From Laetmonice hystrix (taxonomy: Eukaryota): a DNA stretch of 64,000 bases. The DNA lies in contig OZ249437.1 of the NCBI GenBank assembly GCA_965235115.1, positions 10,974,001-11,038,000 on the forward strand, in the 5' to 3' direction. A program made the translations under genes and the position numbers. The notes under the pieces were generated by a model. It was not told the DNA's origin. It saw nothing but the letters and a program-made list of their open reading frames with translations, and did no database searches. Within the stretch, counting starts at the first letter, position 1. Each line of letters starts with the position of its first letter. Of this stretch, positions 50,990 through 61,666 are shown piece after piece.

Positions 50990-51250
50990 ATTGATTGATT
51001 GATTGATTGATTGCGTTTATTCGCCATCTAACAATACATACATTCAGTAAATCGCTGTTCTATTACAAAAAGATATTTACCGTAGACGGAAAGGGATGTA
51101 AAGCCATACGTGGCTCATGAATCCCTAAAGTTCAATATTAATTCATCAACATCTACTAGTAATAATAATTCAAGACCATGAAGCAACTCCTTGCAGAGTA
51201 AAATTAGGCTGGAACAACAAAAAAGAAAACAAAAAGAAAACAAATCGAAT
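50990..51250 (-). mobile_element. Possible LINE/SINE 3' end with a (CAAT)n tail
   Basis: (ATTG)6 at 50990-51013 abuts a short unique segment. This is an architecture-only inference. Confidence 0.35.
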
Positions 51251-54200
51251 ACGTTTACGTTCATCTAAATGCCAATACACCCACCCCATGGCCCTGGGGC
51301 CTGAATTGGTTATCACCTCTGACCACCCCTGAGACCCGTTGAATACCCTTTACCTAGACCTAAGACTACTCTCACTATTCTATGACCTCTTGAGTCTTGT
51401 AAAAATGTCATTTTTAAGATGGGGTCATCTGGGTTTCCGGGAGATTTTCGACTTTTTTTTTTTTTTTTTTTTTTTGGGGGGGGGGGGGGGGGGGGAGGGA
51501 TGGCGCAGGTTTGGGGGGATAGAGTAGTGCAAAATATTTCTCCCTGGAATTTCTTTTTTTTTGGGGGGGGGGGGAGGGGAGTAGCTAATAATGGGGGGGG
51601 GGGGAGGGAAAGGGCCTGCAGGAAACCCTAGGCTGGCCATGTTGCATTTTTCACGAAAACATTTACGTTCCACCAGTTAGTCTAGTCTGTCAGGTGTATT
51701 AAATGTTTCAAATATGCAGATCATTGTCCTCTGGCCTAATGCTCTGTCACTTGACCCTCTGCATACCTCCTTCACCACGCAGAGCATGCCTAGCTGAGAG
51801 TGAATGAACGACATGGTTCAGCATGCAGAGCATATCTGGCTGAGAATGAATGAATGATATGGTTGGGAAGGCCCCCTTGAGGACACGAACAGGTCACACA
51901 GACAGAAACCAGCCTTTGTAAGCCACACCTTGATGCTCTAATTGGCGCCTCAAGGCCTTTGACTGAGAATATAATAGTCAATGCAGGAATCAACGGTTGA
52001 ACCATTATGTACACTTTTGACCTAAACTTAAGTGCATCTGAAATAGCACACCTGTAGGTAACACTCATGTTCTATATAAAGCAAATTTTTGGTCATCACC
52101 AAAACTAAATTCAACAGTACCCACAGGAATACCAGTAAAATATCAATTGTTTACTGTCCAGTTTAGCAAACCTTTCTCATCCGACTATCTTGACTGTAAG
52201 ATAAGGCTCTAAAATAGCCTAAATTATCACAGCTTGGGAGGGAGGGATGCTTCGCCCCTCTGGTACGCCAAACAAGGGCTCTGCCCTTGGTTTGACCACT
52301 ACAGTCGAAGGTGAGAACCTTCCATTAAGTTTGTATGCCAGGATAAGTTTGCTGACAAGTTGAGTCGGACAGGGGTTACCCCCGGTCCCCCTTAATGCGT
52401 TTTGAGATCTCAATCGATTTGCAACAATCTCGTTGACCATAAATTTGGGTGAAAAAAAAAAATCGGAATTCTGAGGAAAATTGGAACACGCTCATGTGTG
52501 GTAGAACCATAGACTTTTTGGCTGTCCACACTTTAAGACGCCTGCAGTGCTGCTTCTAGGAATTTCGAAAAAGGGCCGGATTCCTCACCGACTTTAAAAA
52601 AAATGCGCCCACCAGAATGTTTTGTGCCCAGGTTTGATTAATCAATTTCAGGGGGAAACCCCCATCCTTTCAATGCCTACTTTTGCTTTACCATTTTAGA
52701 CTTGTCGCATATAGACTAACTGACATCCCTAGAACCAGTGTTCCCAACTTAGAGTTTTGAGAGACGTCAGACATTTTGTCGGTCGTTGAGCAGCTGAACG
52801 TTGAGCAGCAGCAGACATTTTTGGTCCACGTCAGCAGTGTTCAATTTTTAAAGCAACGAAAAATAATTATATCACATAGGGCTGCACTGGTAGACCAATC
52901 CTATACCTTGCACCTTGGACCTCTAAAAAAATCAGAAAAAAATGATCAAAAAAGTAATCCACCGCTACTCCTCACCGGCCCTTCTCTGCCATCTTGTGCC
53001 AAGAACATGGGGTTCCCCACTTGGCAAATGACGTCACTTGTGCGTACCCCATTCCATGTGGCAGGACACCATAGAATATGGAACAAGGTGTCCAAGCAGT
53101 GACGCGGCGGCAGCAGCGACCGAGAGCTGCCAACATAGTCATTTATAGCGTTGGTCTTCGGTCTTTTCGAATTAAGGGCAGCCGACAGCCACACAACCTG
53201 GCATGCTGACTCAGTCGACAGTCCCTACCAGGGGCAGATCCAGAGACAAAAACTTGGCCTGACTGTAGCTCAGGACTGACAGTCTCAGACTGCTTAAAAC
53301 TTCCAAACGACTTGTAAAGTTGTATAGGAGGCCTGTAGATGTGTATGAAGTATACCTGGAAGTTTTACCCCTGAATAAATGGCAGCAGGGCTGTGGTTCG
53401 ACTTAGTGACGTCATTAGTCCTGGAATCCCGCTCTTTTTTGATTGGTTAATACGATGGGCGTGGCAAAAATGGCAGTCTACTCCAATATTCGTGCCTTCT
53501 ATAGAGCACACCTCTTTCTATTATCGAATTCTCTATTCTGAACAGCCTATTGGGTTCAATTTTGGGCTGAAAAGAAGCTTTAAGGTAAGAAGCACATGTA
53601 CAGACAGCTGAAAAGCTAATATTTTGCCTTTCTTTAAGGTTTTTTGGTGGGGTTGTCCGCCGGACAACCATATGGAACCTTGGTTGTCCTGAATGGTACC
53701 ACAAAGTAAAATATATGGAGACGTAATTCCAGCAAATATTAAGAGCCATTGTCTGAGAACTTCAGGCAGTTACCATTGAGGTGATAGGAAGCCCTACCTA
53801 TCACCTATTTAATGTAATAATAAAAGTCTTGGGATAAGGAACCCGCAAAGAGCACAAGGGGCCAAAAAAGGCAAAAAAATTGACTTTCAGCCATATTACA
53901 GCGCCCCCTATTGGTCATGCCAATTATATCCTAGACCGAAAATCGCTGAATTCACAGACCATCATCCATATAATAGAAATATCAAAATATAATGTTGGGA
54001 TAAAGATGGCGCAAGAAATAAAAGCCATTTGAAAATCACATTTTGGTTTTGGGCCATTTTCAGGTCTGACCTTGAATGACCTCTAGCACCCAAACGAGGC
54101 ATCGTCGGGCCGAAAAAATCTGGCATTTTTCTAGGCTTGGTACAGACATCAAATCTCCAAAGTTTCAGCAAAATTGGAGAATGTGACTATCACAGCCTGC

Positions 54201-55326
54201 CTGAACATCCCAGACAATGGCTCTTAACTTTATTTAGAGTTGTGTATTTAAAGATAAAAAAATGCCTGGTACATTCCATTGTAACTCCTTAAATGGTAAC
54301 CAGGAAGCCCAGGATTATCAGAAAATAGTAAGGAATACCATATTGACGATCTGTTATATTGTGGGCTGCGGGCTTTTTAGTGAACTGAAGCATTACCCTG
54401 GGTAGTTCTGAAGGAAAAGCAGGGGTCGATTTCGATTTAGGATTAGATTAACCCTAACCCTAACCCCTCCTCTGGTCTGTACCCTAAATTTTTTCTGGTG
54501 GAAACCCTGGTGGTACAGTACTGTTCACTACCACCTCACTTCTGAAATTATGGCTGAGGATGTCCAAGCAGGCAACCGTTTGAAAGGGTACAATTGGAAG
54601 AACCACACTTTCAAACGGCTTTTGAATAAATAGCGAGGTATTCTATGATTAGGGTGTTTAGGCCATTTTGAGAACCGCCCATTTTCTTTCTTTTTTTGAT
54701 GAAGCTGGATGCAGTGTAAAATTCTAAGATATTCAGTCTTTAAATGAAGTCTCTAGCACCAATATTAGTTGAGATATGGTCAATTTAGTGGTCAAAAAAG
54801 TAGCCCTTCGGAGGGACCACTCGGCCTATTCAAAGTAGTGGAGGCCATGGCCCCAATAATGCTGTTTTCACTGAAATCTAGAAATGGTAATTTTGACACA
54901 AAGTTTAATATCTTAAAAAGTTTTTCTCCGAATTTTATTTTGTTTTCAGAAAACAATAGGTCAAAATCTCTAGTTTCAAATCCACATGAAATCCAAAATG
55001 GAGACCAAGATGGCGGACAAAATGGCGGTCAAGATGGCGGCCATCTCAAAGACCAAACTGGTTATTTTATAATATTTATGACAACCTTTTATCTAAAGGA
55101 CTCTCCGTTGCACTGCTATATCTATGAGAATAATCCATGGTGGTCATTCCCTCGGAAAAAGCGCATCTAATCCCCTCTGGGATCCCTCAAGGTCCATTTA
55201 AATCAAAATAAAACCAAATTAACCCCTAAATCCAAGATGGCTGCCGAACTGTCCAGAAGTTGAAAAAACAGACGAAAGGAGCTGAATTACTAATAAATGT
55301 GCCTTGCATTCAATATGGTAATATAT

Positions 55327-55459
55327 TCAGCATGTCTGCCCTATTTCAAGATGTCTGCCACAATTCAAGATGGTTGCCAAAATCCAAGATGGCCGCCAAA
55401 ATCCAAGATGGCCGCCAAAATCCAAGATGGCGGCAGTTATTCAAGATGGCAGCAGTAGT
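55327..55459. repeat. 19-bp tandem array (x7) of CAAGATGGC(C/G)GC-like motifs (YY1-type consensus)
   Basis: Units start at 55327, 55346, 55365, 55384, 55403, 55422 and 55441. Further copies occur at 55005-55044 and ~55233. Confidence 0.8.
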
Positions 55460-56221
55460 CCACGATGACAAAAGTTGGCTAATATCAGACCTTGCTGACT
55501 TTTTTCAAGAGTACGAATTCGAATCACGCAATATAGCTGAACCCCCCCCCCCCCTCTCCGGCCCAGCCATAAAAAAAACATAACGATTCCTTGAAAAAGG
55601 GCAAACTTATCGTTCTAGGCAAACATTTAAATACATTCACTAATTCATACAAATAACAATGGCTAAGGACAGGACTTTAATGTACGGTCCACGAAAATGC
55701 AGCATTAACGTGTAATTTATCTGCATCCAGGATTTTTGAAAAGGGGGTGGGGTGAGGTTGGGGTCGAAAGGTACAGCGTGCCACCAGGGGAGGTGTCTAG
55801 ATACTAATAGGGTATATTCATGCAGGAAGCTTCAAGGAAAAGAAAAGGAGGTATTTCAGGGGTTACTAATTCCACTTAGGGGAAAAGGGGGCCCCTAGGT
55901 CCCCATTCTGTGACCCCCCCCTCTTCCATCTTCCCCTAGACTAGAGCTGCATCAGAATTTATTTATTAAAACTCCCAGATCTGCGCCAATAGTCGGTCCC
56001 CCCTGAGAATGGTGTTTTGTATCAAGTTTCCACATTGGTAAAGATATTCGTAAATTAGGACAATTCTATTCCCATACCACTTATACAGTAGCTTTCAAAA
56101 TGTTATTTCACAGGTATCTGCATACGTAATTTAAATTTTACTGTGTATGTAACCGAATCTAGTACAAAAATAGCACTGACCAGTGGTGTATAGCACACCA
56201 CGTGATCACCGGCAGCGCGGC

Positions 56222-56235
56222 CTGCCACCTAGTGG
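56222..56235 (-). promoter_or_regulatory. CTCF consensus motif CCACTAGGTGGCAG
   Basis: Exact match to the CTCF core consensus. Binding is not demonstrated. Confidence 0.55.
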
Positions 56236-57215
56236 ATATACTATGCAAACGTCAGCCACTGACGCGATTTGACAAACCGGGCCAGACAGGCGCTTTTCAC
56301 CTCAAAAGCCAATGGACATGAAAACGTTTCCATATCTAAAACCTATGTAATCTGAAGCTAAATTACTTCAGGTTTCTATTTCCGAGTGAGAAAAATTCCT
56401 AAATAAGCTGCAATAATTAGTATTTTTCAAATCTGTGACAGTTTCTATCATATCTCCGTTGATATTTGACCTACCGGAATTTCTCAAACGGTTCCGAGGT
56501 CGCCAGCCTGTTTTACATATGGTGACACAGTTGTATATTAATTTCATCCAATAACAGCTTTTGGCTTTTGATACTGCCAACACGTGTTTTTAGTCATGAC
56601 CCAGAAAACCCGGGCCGCCGGGCTGCTCCCGCGATGTCTGTGTGTCGCGACGGTACCGGCAACTTCTAGCCGCGATTGTGAAAAATAGTACGGAGTTGAT
56701 TGTCTTAAAAGTGCTCAGACATCAAGATTAACATGTTTTGTAGCCACCAAGCAATTTTTATAACTGACTCATCGCCCGTTATTGAGAAAGAAGCTGATCT
56801 TTGCAGTGTGTGCAGTCACAGCAGCCAAATGTCGGAAAGTCCCCTTGTTTTGGTCACGTGACTAAACACGCTACTATGATTAAATGCAAAACATAAAAAA
56901 TTTGGGTGAAAACAGTAGTTTTAGCAGAGAAATGGCATAACTTCTAGCAGGGTCACCGGAAGCCACACCCCTCCCCTCTACAAAGTTATACTGAATTTTG
57001 GTGTTCACTTTGGAGGCTGCCTGTGGCTTGATGACAGACCAATCAATGCTATTTTCATGGAAGGAATATTTATTTCGGACCTCTTTATACTATCATATAA
57101 GAAAAACGCAACGTCAGTCGAAAAATTGTGGCTCTTTAACATGCGATTACTTGTCCATCATTGGGCGCTGGATGGCACTCAATATAAGGCCTACAATTTG
57201 TATTAAAGAACTTAC

Positions 57216-57336
57216 CTGAGGACAGTTCCTCTATCTTGCTAAAACTTGATTGTAAACTCTCATTCACCCAAATCAACATTTCATGTCGACTAAGGTTGTC
57301 TGTCGTCGCACTTGTGTTATATACGTTTACAGCCAT
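57216..57336 (-). CDS. EB1: EB1/MAPRE coding exon 1 ([41 protein letters not shown])
   Basis: Near-identical to the known EB1 N-terminus. ATG at 57336. Preceded by a polypyrimidine tract and TAG acceptor (exon starts 57343). Ends at a G|GTAAG donor. 121 coding nt, phase 1. Confidence 0.97.
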
Positions 57337-58669
57337 GATGAATCTAGTAAAAGAATAAAGAAAGAACAAAATCTGAGGCAACTTCATGTAACTGCACCAC
57401 ATTTTCTGTCTAATAATACGTAAGTTGTTGATACTGCTAGGGGGGAGTGTGAGGGGACTTGACTGGATCTCGGATTACGGATAAGCGAATTGCCATGCGG
57501 GGAATGTTCTTTTTTTCACTTTCCTGCACATAGGATCCGCACACGGCCTCAGCATGTACAAAAACAACATGTCAGTGATGACCAATTGCCCCTCTCAGAT
57601 GCCCGGAAATTGCATCTCAGGGGGACATTTTTTCAAATTTTTCCGGGGGAGGGGCCTCGGACCGAGGGCTGTACCCTGCTACTTTCACTTCTGTACCCTG
57701 CTACTCCTGCCAACTTTGAGAGCCCTGCTAATAGAGGTTTTTGGTCTCCAGGTACTCAGGTGAGGATGTAGTGGGCTTTTTGAACCCACAAATTTTGCCA
57801 ATTTTATAGGGTGCGACGGATTATAGAAATTAACTGAAATCAAGCTATTTACCGAAATCAAACCGAAATCAAAGCTAAAACAATTTCTTTCGATCGTTTT
57901 TACTTTTAGCTCATCCGTTTTCTGTATAGACGACTCGGTATTTCCCCCAAAAAACACATTCCAGACATAGAAACAGGGGTGTGATGACTGTGATCAGGTG
58001 AAGGAAAAGGCTGAACTTTTTTGGGGCAGGTGTAGGAAGGGTGTCCCGTCCCTCAGTGAAAAATGTGACAATTTCATGTTTAAAATGGTGCGATCTGATG
58101 CAGTTTGGAGGTTTTATTAATGTTAATACTGGAATGATTTCCAACCATTTGCTGGCGAGTTTTGACAAATTTGGACAAGATTTACCCCCACCCACCTACA
58201 TATGAATTATAAGTCTCTCAACGGATTTGCATCAATCACAGAAGGGTAACTGTTTGATACAAAAAAGCTGGAAATCCGGCAAAAAATCACAGGCCTGGAG
58301 AAAAGATGACGAAGTCGACCCAAAAACTTGAACGCTTAGTTCCACAGTATTTAGTTCCACTGTAAACCACTAGGCCGCGCCACTGCCGCTATCCAGAGTC
58401 CGTGCTGCTGCTTCACACCGTCACCAGTAGCGTACCCAGAGGGGTGCTTAAGCACCCCCCTCAATTCTTTTTTTTTGGTGCGCTTCGTGCCCACAGCCCC
58501 CTCACAACTTGCAGCGCTGACGACGTTGGTTATTTCCAGCACCCCCCTAGGTCCAGTTTCTGAGTACCGTACGCCATATCTCCCGCTGTGACTCAAAAAG
58601 CTCAAAGTGGTTTGAATAATAATGTCACCGTGGTGGGTCAGGACACCACACTTTCAGTGGCCTTGCAGA

Positions 58670-58683
58670 CTGCCATCTAGTGG
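58670..58683 (-). promoter_or_regulatory. CTCF consensus motif CCACTAGATGGCAG
   Basis: Exact match to the CTCF core consensus. Binding is not demonstrated. Confidence 0.55.
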
Positions 58684-59047
58684 TAGGACAGTAAGGTTCG
58701 CTGGGAACCGGCAACATCAAACCAGGTTGGTTTCTTAGGCTTTACCGATTTAATTAGAAAATTTAGAGACCTCAAAGGGCACGAATATGATCATTTATGG
58801 CCAATATTATTCATTTCTTGGTGTTTCGCTGACTAATCAGCTTGATTTCGGCAAATAGCTTGATTTTCGGTAATCCGTCACACCGAATTTTATACGGCAT
58901 GCCCTGGAATTTTGAGTGCTACTAGACTCTATTAAGTCACAAGAACGTAATTAATCAGACTGAGAGATGGTTGCGAATATTGGGATCTGTCAATTGGTAG
59001 CCATGTCTTAGTGTCCTGTCCACCCCTCTCCCCCCGGTGTGCGTCCA

Positions 59048-59403
59048 TTTCGGCCGCCTGCCGGTTCGGCCGCCCGTATGGTTAACGTTAGGGTGTATAG
59101 TAGGGGCCTATATCGAAATCGGCCGCCGCTCGAAGTCGGCCGCGCGTAAATTACGGGCGGCCGTACCCGGCCAGAAGAGTTAAGGTTAAGGTTAGGCCTA
59201 GGGTTAGTGATAGTTTAGTCCCGCGGGCGGCTCCGACGGCAGAGCCGGGGGGTGCTGCGTGCAAAGCCCGATCGTCTGTAGGTTATTACGGGCGGCCGAT
59301 TTCGAGCGGCGGCCGATTGAGTGACCAGTAGCACCGCGGCAGTGACCCGCGGTGAAGCTGGTCACTACAATATACGGGCGGCCGAACTGGCAGGCGGCCG
59401 AAA
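59048..59403. mobile_element. Foldback/MITE element with nested inverted repeats
   Basis: Outer 32-bp arms at 59048-59079 and 59372-59403 (1 mismatch). Inner 33-bp arms at 59117-59149 and 59286-59318 (2 mismatches). GTTAGG-like internal repeats. Confidence 0.85.
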
Positions 59404-59659
59404 CGACTGGCGAGCCTCCCCCCCCCCCCCCCCCCCCCCCCAAAACCTGACAAGCCAGGCCAAGCCGAAGGCAAGGGGACCTCCCACGTCCGCGGCACGG
59501 ACCCGGATTCGGTGTGTGGTTTTGGTAATTAACTTTTCTCATGTCATCAAAACGTATATATTTCATTGGAGGACATTAAAGTCTACTGCTACGCTTACGT
59601 AGGTTCGTGTCTCCTTAATCTTTTTTGACGACAGTTTACTTTTTCTTGTAAATACTTAC

Positions 59660-59715
59660 GATGATCCAAAAGACGTATCCTGTCACTTGTCTGTCTGTGT
59701 GTCCACCGAGTTCAA
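59660..59715 (-). other. EB1: Probable non-coding first exon of EB1 (5' end approximate)
   Basis: Coding exon 1 begins with an acceptor, so an upstream exon is required. A perfect C|GTAAGT donor lies at 59660/59659 and a second candidate, AC|GTAAGC, at 59599/59598, both next to the PSMB2 promoter. Confidence 0.55.
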
Positions 59716-59982
59716 AATGATCACGTGCCAAGTTACGCCAATCATGATCACCAGATATAAAAGCTTCTGTACTATCATTTCATTTAAGAAGTACACACTC
59801 AATTTTTAAAATCAAACTTATCAGTGAAACATTAAGATATATTTTTTAATTTTTATTTTATATATAACTAGAAAAATACCAACTTCACGAATTTTAGAAT
59901 CTTTTAAGCGCGCCGCACCCAGAGCCCGGCGGACACACAGACAGACAGTTACACAGCAAAGAAACACAAGACCGGCGTAATC
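59661..59982. promoter_or_regulatory. Bidirectional promoter shared by EB1 (-) and PSMB2 (+)
   Basis: Divergent gene starts about 320 bp apart. E-box CACGTG near 59722, CCAAT near 59738, and an AT-rich central stretch. Confidence 0.7.
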
Positions 59983-60073
59983 ATGGAGTGTCTCATTGGA
60001 ATCAAGGGAAAGGATTTTGTCTTAGTAGCTGCAGATACGACTAGTGCAAGAAGTATAGTCAAAATGAAAGCAG
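59983..60073 (+). CDS. PSMB2: Proteasome subunit beta type-2, exon 1 (MECLIGIKGKDFVLVAADTTSARSIVKMKA-D)
   Basis: Matches the PSMB2/PRE1 N-terminus. 91 coding nt, CAG|GTAAGT donor. Confidence 0.95.
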
Positions 60074-60410
60074 GTAAGTTAAATGTCATCGCGTTGTAGG
60101 CCCAGGCCATGGTAAAGATTGTCAAATGAATGGATTGGCATCAATATTGAATAGGTATTAGGTGGGTAACACACTGTCGACAGCCACTGTCACTTACCGC
60201 TCACTGTCGCTGACCGTCACTGGCGTCAGTCACTCAGTGAGTGAGTCTCAGTCAGTGACTGACTGACACTCACTCAGTCAGAGTCAGACTCACAGACCAA
60301 GGCCGGTGGCAAGCAAAGTAGGTACATGTAGAGTCTAGATTGTAGATGTTTTTTTTTTTAAATCAGGCTCTCCACCAGCCAGGTCGAATATTAATATGAC
60401 TAAAGCCCAG

Positions 60411-60525
60411 TTTATAGTCCGTCGGCCGACCATCGCTGAACGTTTATAGTTGCAGAGATATCCAGCGATCCAGCTGTCGACCGACCGACCTCAGGTGGGG
60501 TGATGGTCGGCCGAAGTACTATAAA
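60411..60525. repeat. Short inverted-repeat element (24-bp arms) in PSMB2 intron 1
   Basis: TTTATAGTCCGTCGGCCGACCATC pairs with GATGGTCGGCCGAAGTACTATAAA (2 mismatches). Confidence 0.75.
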
Positions 60526-61274
60526 TAGCGACGTCGGAACTTGACGTTTTGGATTTGAATGCTCTGCGCCACCGAAATTAAGCTATGTTCTGTCAAGCGG
60601 CAGGCTGTAAAAACTAGTTGTATCTTTCTAAATATTCAGTTTAGCAGTCTGAAACTTTCAGACCATACTCAGTGTGTAAGATTAGCGATGCGTCCTGCGA
60701 CATGATGCATTATTTTTATGTCGGGCGCATCCAAACCTTGGACTTTTGCGCCTGTGTGATACGCCTAGGTTTGATTCCTTGTGCGTCCATGCCAGTGAGT
60801 CGGTGTACAGGCCTGCACAGGGCAGCTAGCCAGCCATCTGAGCCTGTCACAACAAGCGAGGCTGGGACCTGGCTGACGTGTGCTCAGCCGTGTCGGCGAC
60901 CGTGGTGGTAGTGGGGTGGGGGTACTGGTGTGTCTGCAGCAGGGGACTCTACCCGGGGGTCTGGCTCTTGGCCGGCAAACGGCCTGCCTTTGCACACACT
61001 CTCACCTTCCCACTCCCGGCCCAAGTGGTGCTCCACCGGCCCCTTCTGGTCACCACTATCGGTCACCACGGATTTCAGCTGCTGGGCCACTCCCAGGTCA
61101 GAAGGTGCCCGCGCCCAGGGAGGGGGGAGGCCCTCCAACAGAAAATGTTTTGGAATATAGAAGGCCATGGACCAGGGATATTTTTATCAAATCTCCAAGG
61201 GGGGACATTTGAGATTTTGGACCTTTTCTTTAAAAAAATTTGGACCTTTTTCTAAGGGGGTGGTTTAGACCTCC

Positions 61275-61470
61275 AGATATTTCACAAAAGATCCAAAATT
61301 GTGGACTTTTTTGTAGGCCACTGGGCCAGAGGTCCAGATATTTTACAAAAGATCCAAAGTTATAGACCTTTCTATCTGGCACATGGCTCAGGGGTCCATG
61401 ATATTTCACAAAGCATCCAAAATTGTGGACCTTTGTTTCTGACATATGCCTCCCAATTCTGGACCTTTTG
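61275..61470. repeat. Diverged ~62-bp tandem repeat (~3 units)
   Basis: Recurring GATATTT(C/T)ACAAA...ATCCAAA(A/G)TT...GGAC blocks. Confidence 0.7.
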
Positions 61471-61517
61471 GGGGTTGTCAAAATTCAAATTCGTAAATCT
61501 CTCTCACGATCAAATAC

Positions 61518-61666
61518 CAGGCTTTCGTTTCTGTAAATTCGTCTGACTTGTTGGAGTAGGCTGGCCTTGGAGAATTTCACGGAGCGCGATTAGTCGCGCC
61601 GGATTGCAAAAAAACCGAGCGCGATGGAGCGCGGGCGCGATCGCGCTCGTTTAAAACGAAAGCCTG
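61518..61666. repeat. Small inverted-repeat element (13-bp arms CAGGCTTTCGTTT)
   Basis: Perfect inverted 13-mers at 61518-61530 and 61654-61666. No clear TSD. Confidence 0.55.

Noticed and set aside
51453-51605. Long poly-T and poly-G runs (similar runs at ~44790, ~59417 and ~62458) as G-quadruplex elements
   Set aside because: Homopolymer tracts are scattered throughout the window with no consistent position, and their lengths are error-prone in assemblies.
60765-61255. Cluster of overlapping GC-rich ORFs in PSMB2 intron 1
   Set aside because: ORFs are open on both strands because of GC content, have no domain signature, and are flanked by repeat-derived sequence.
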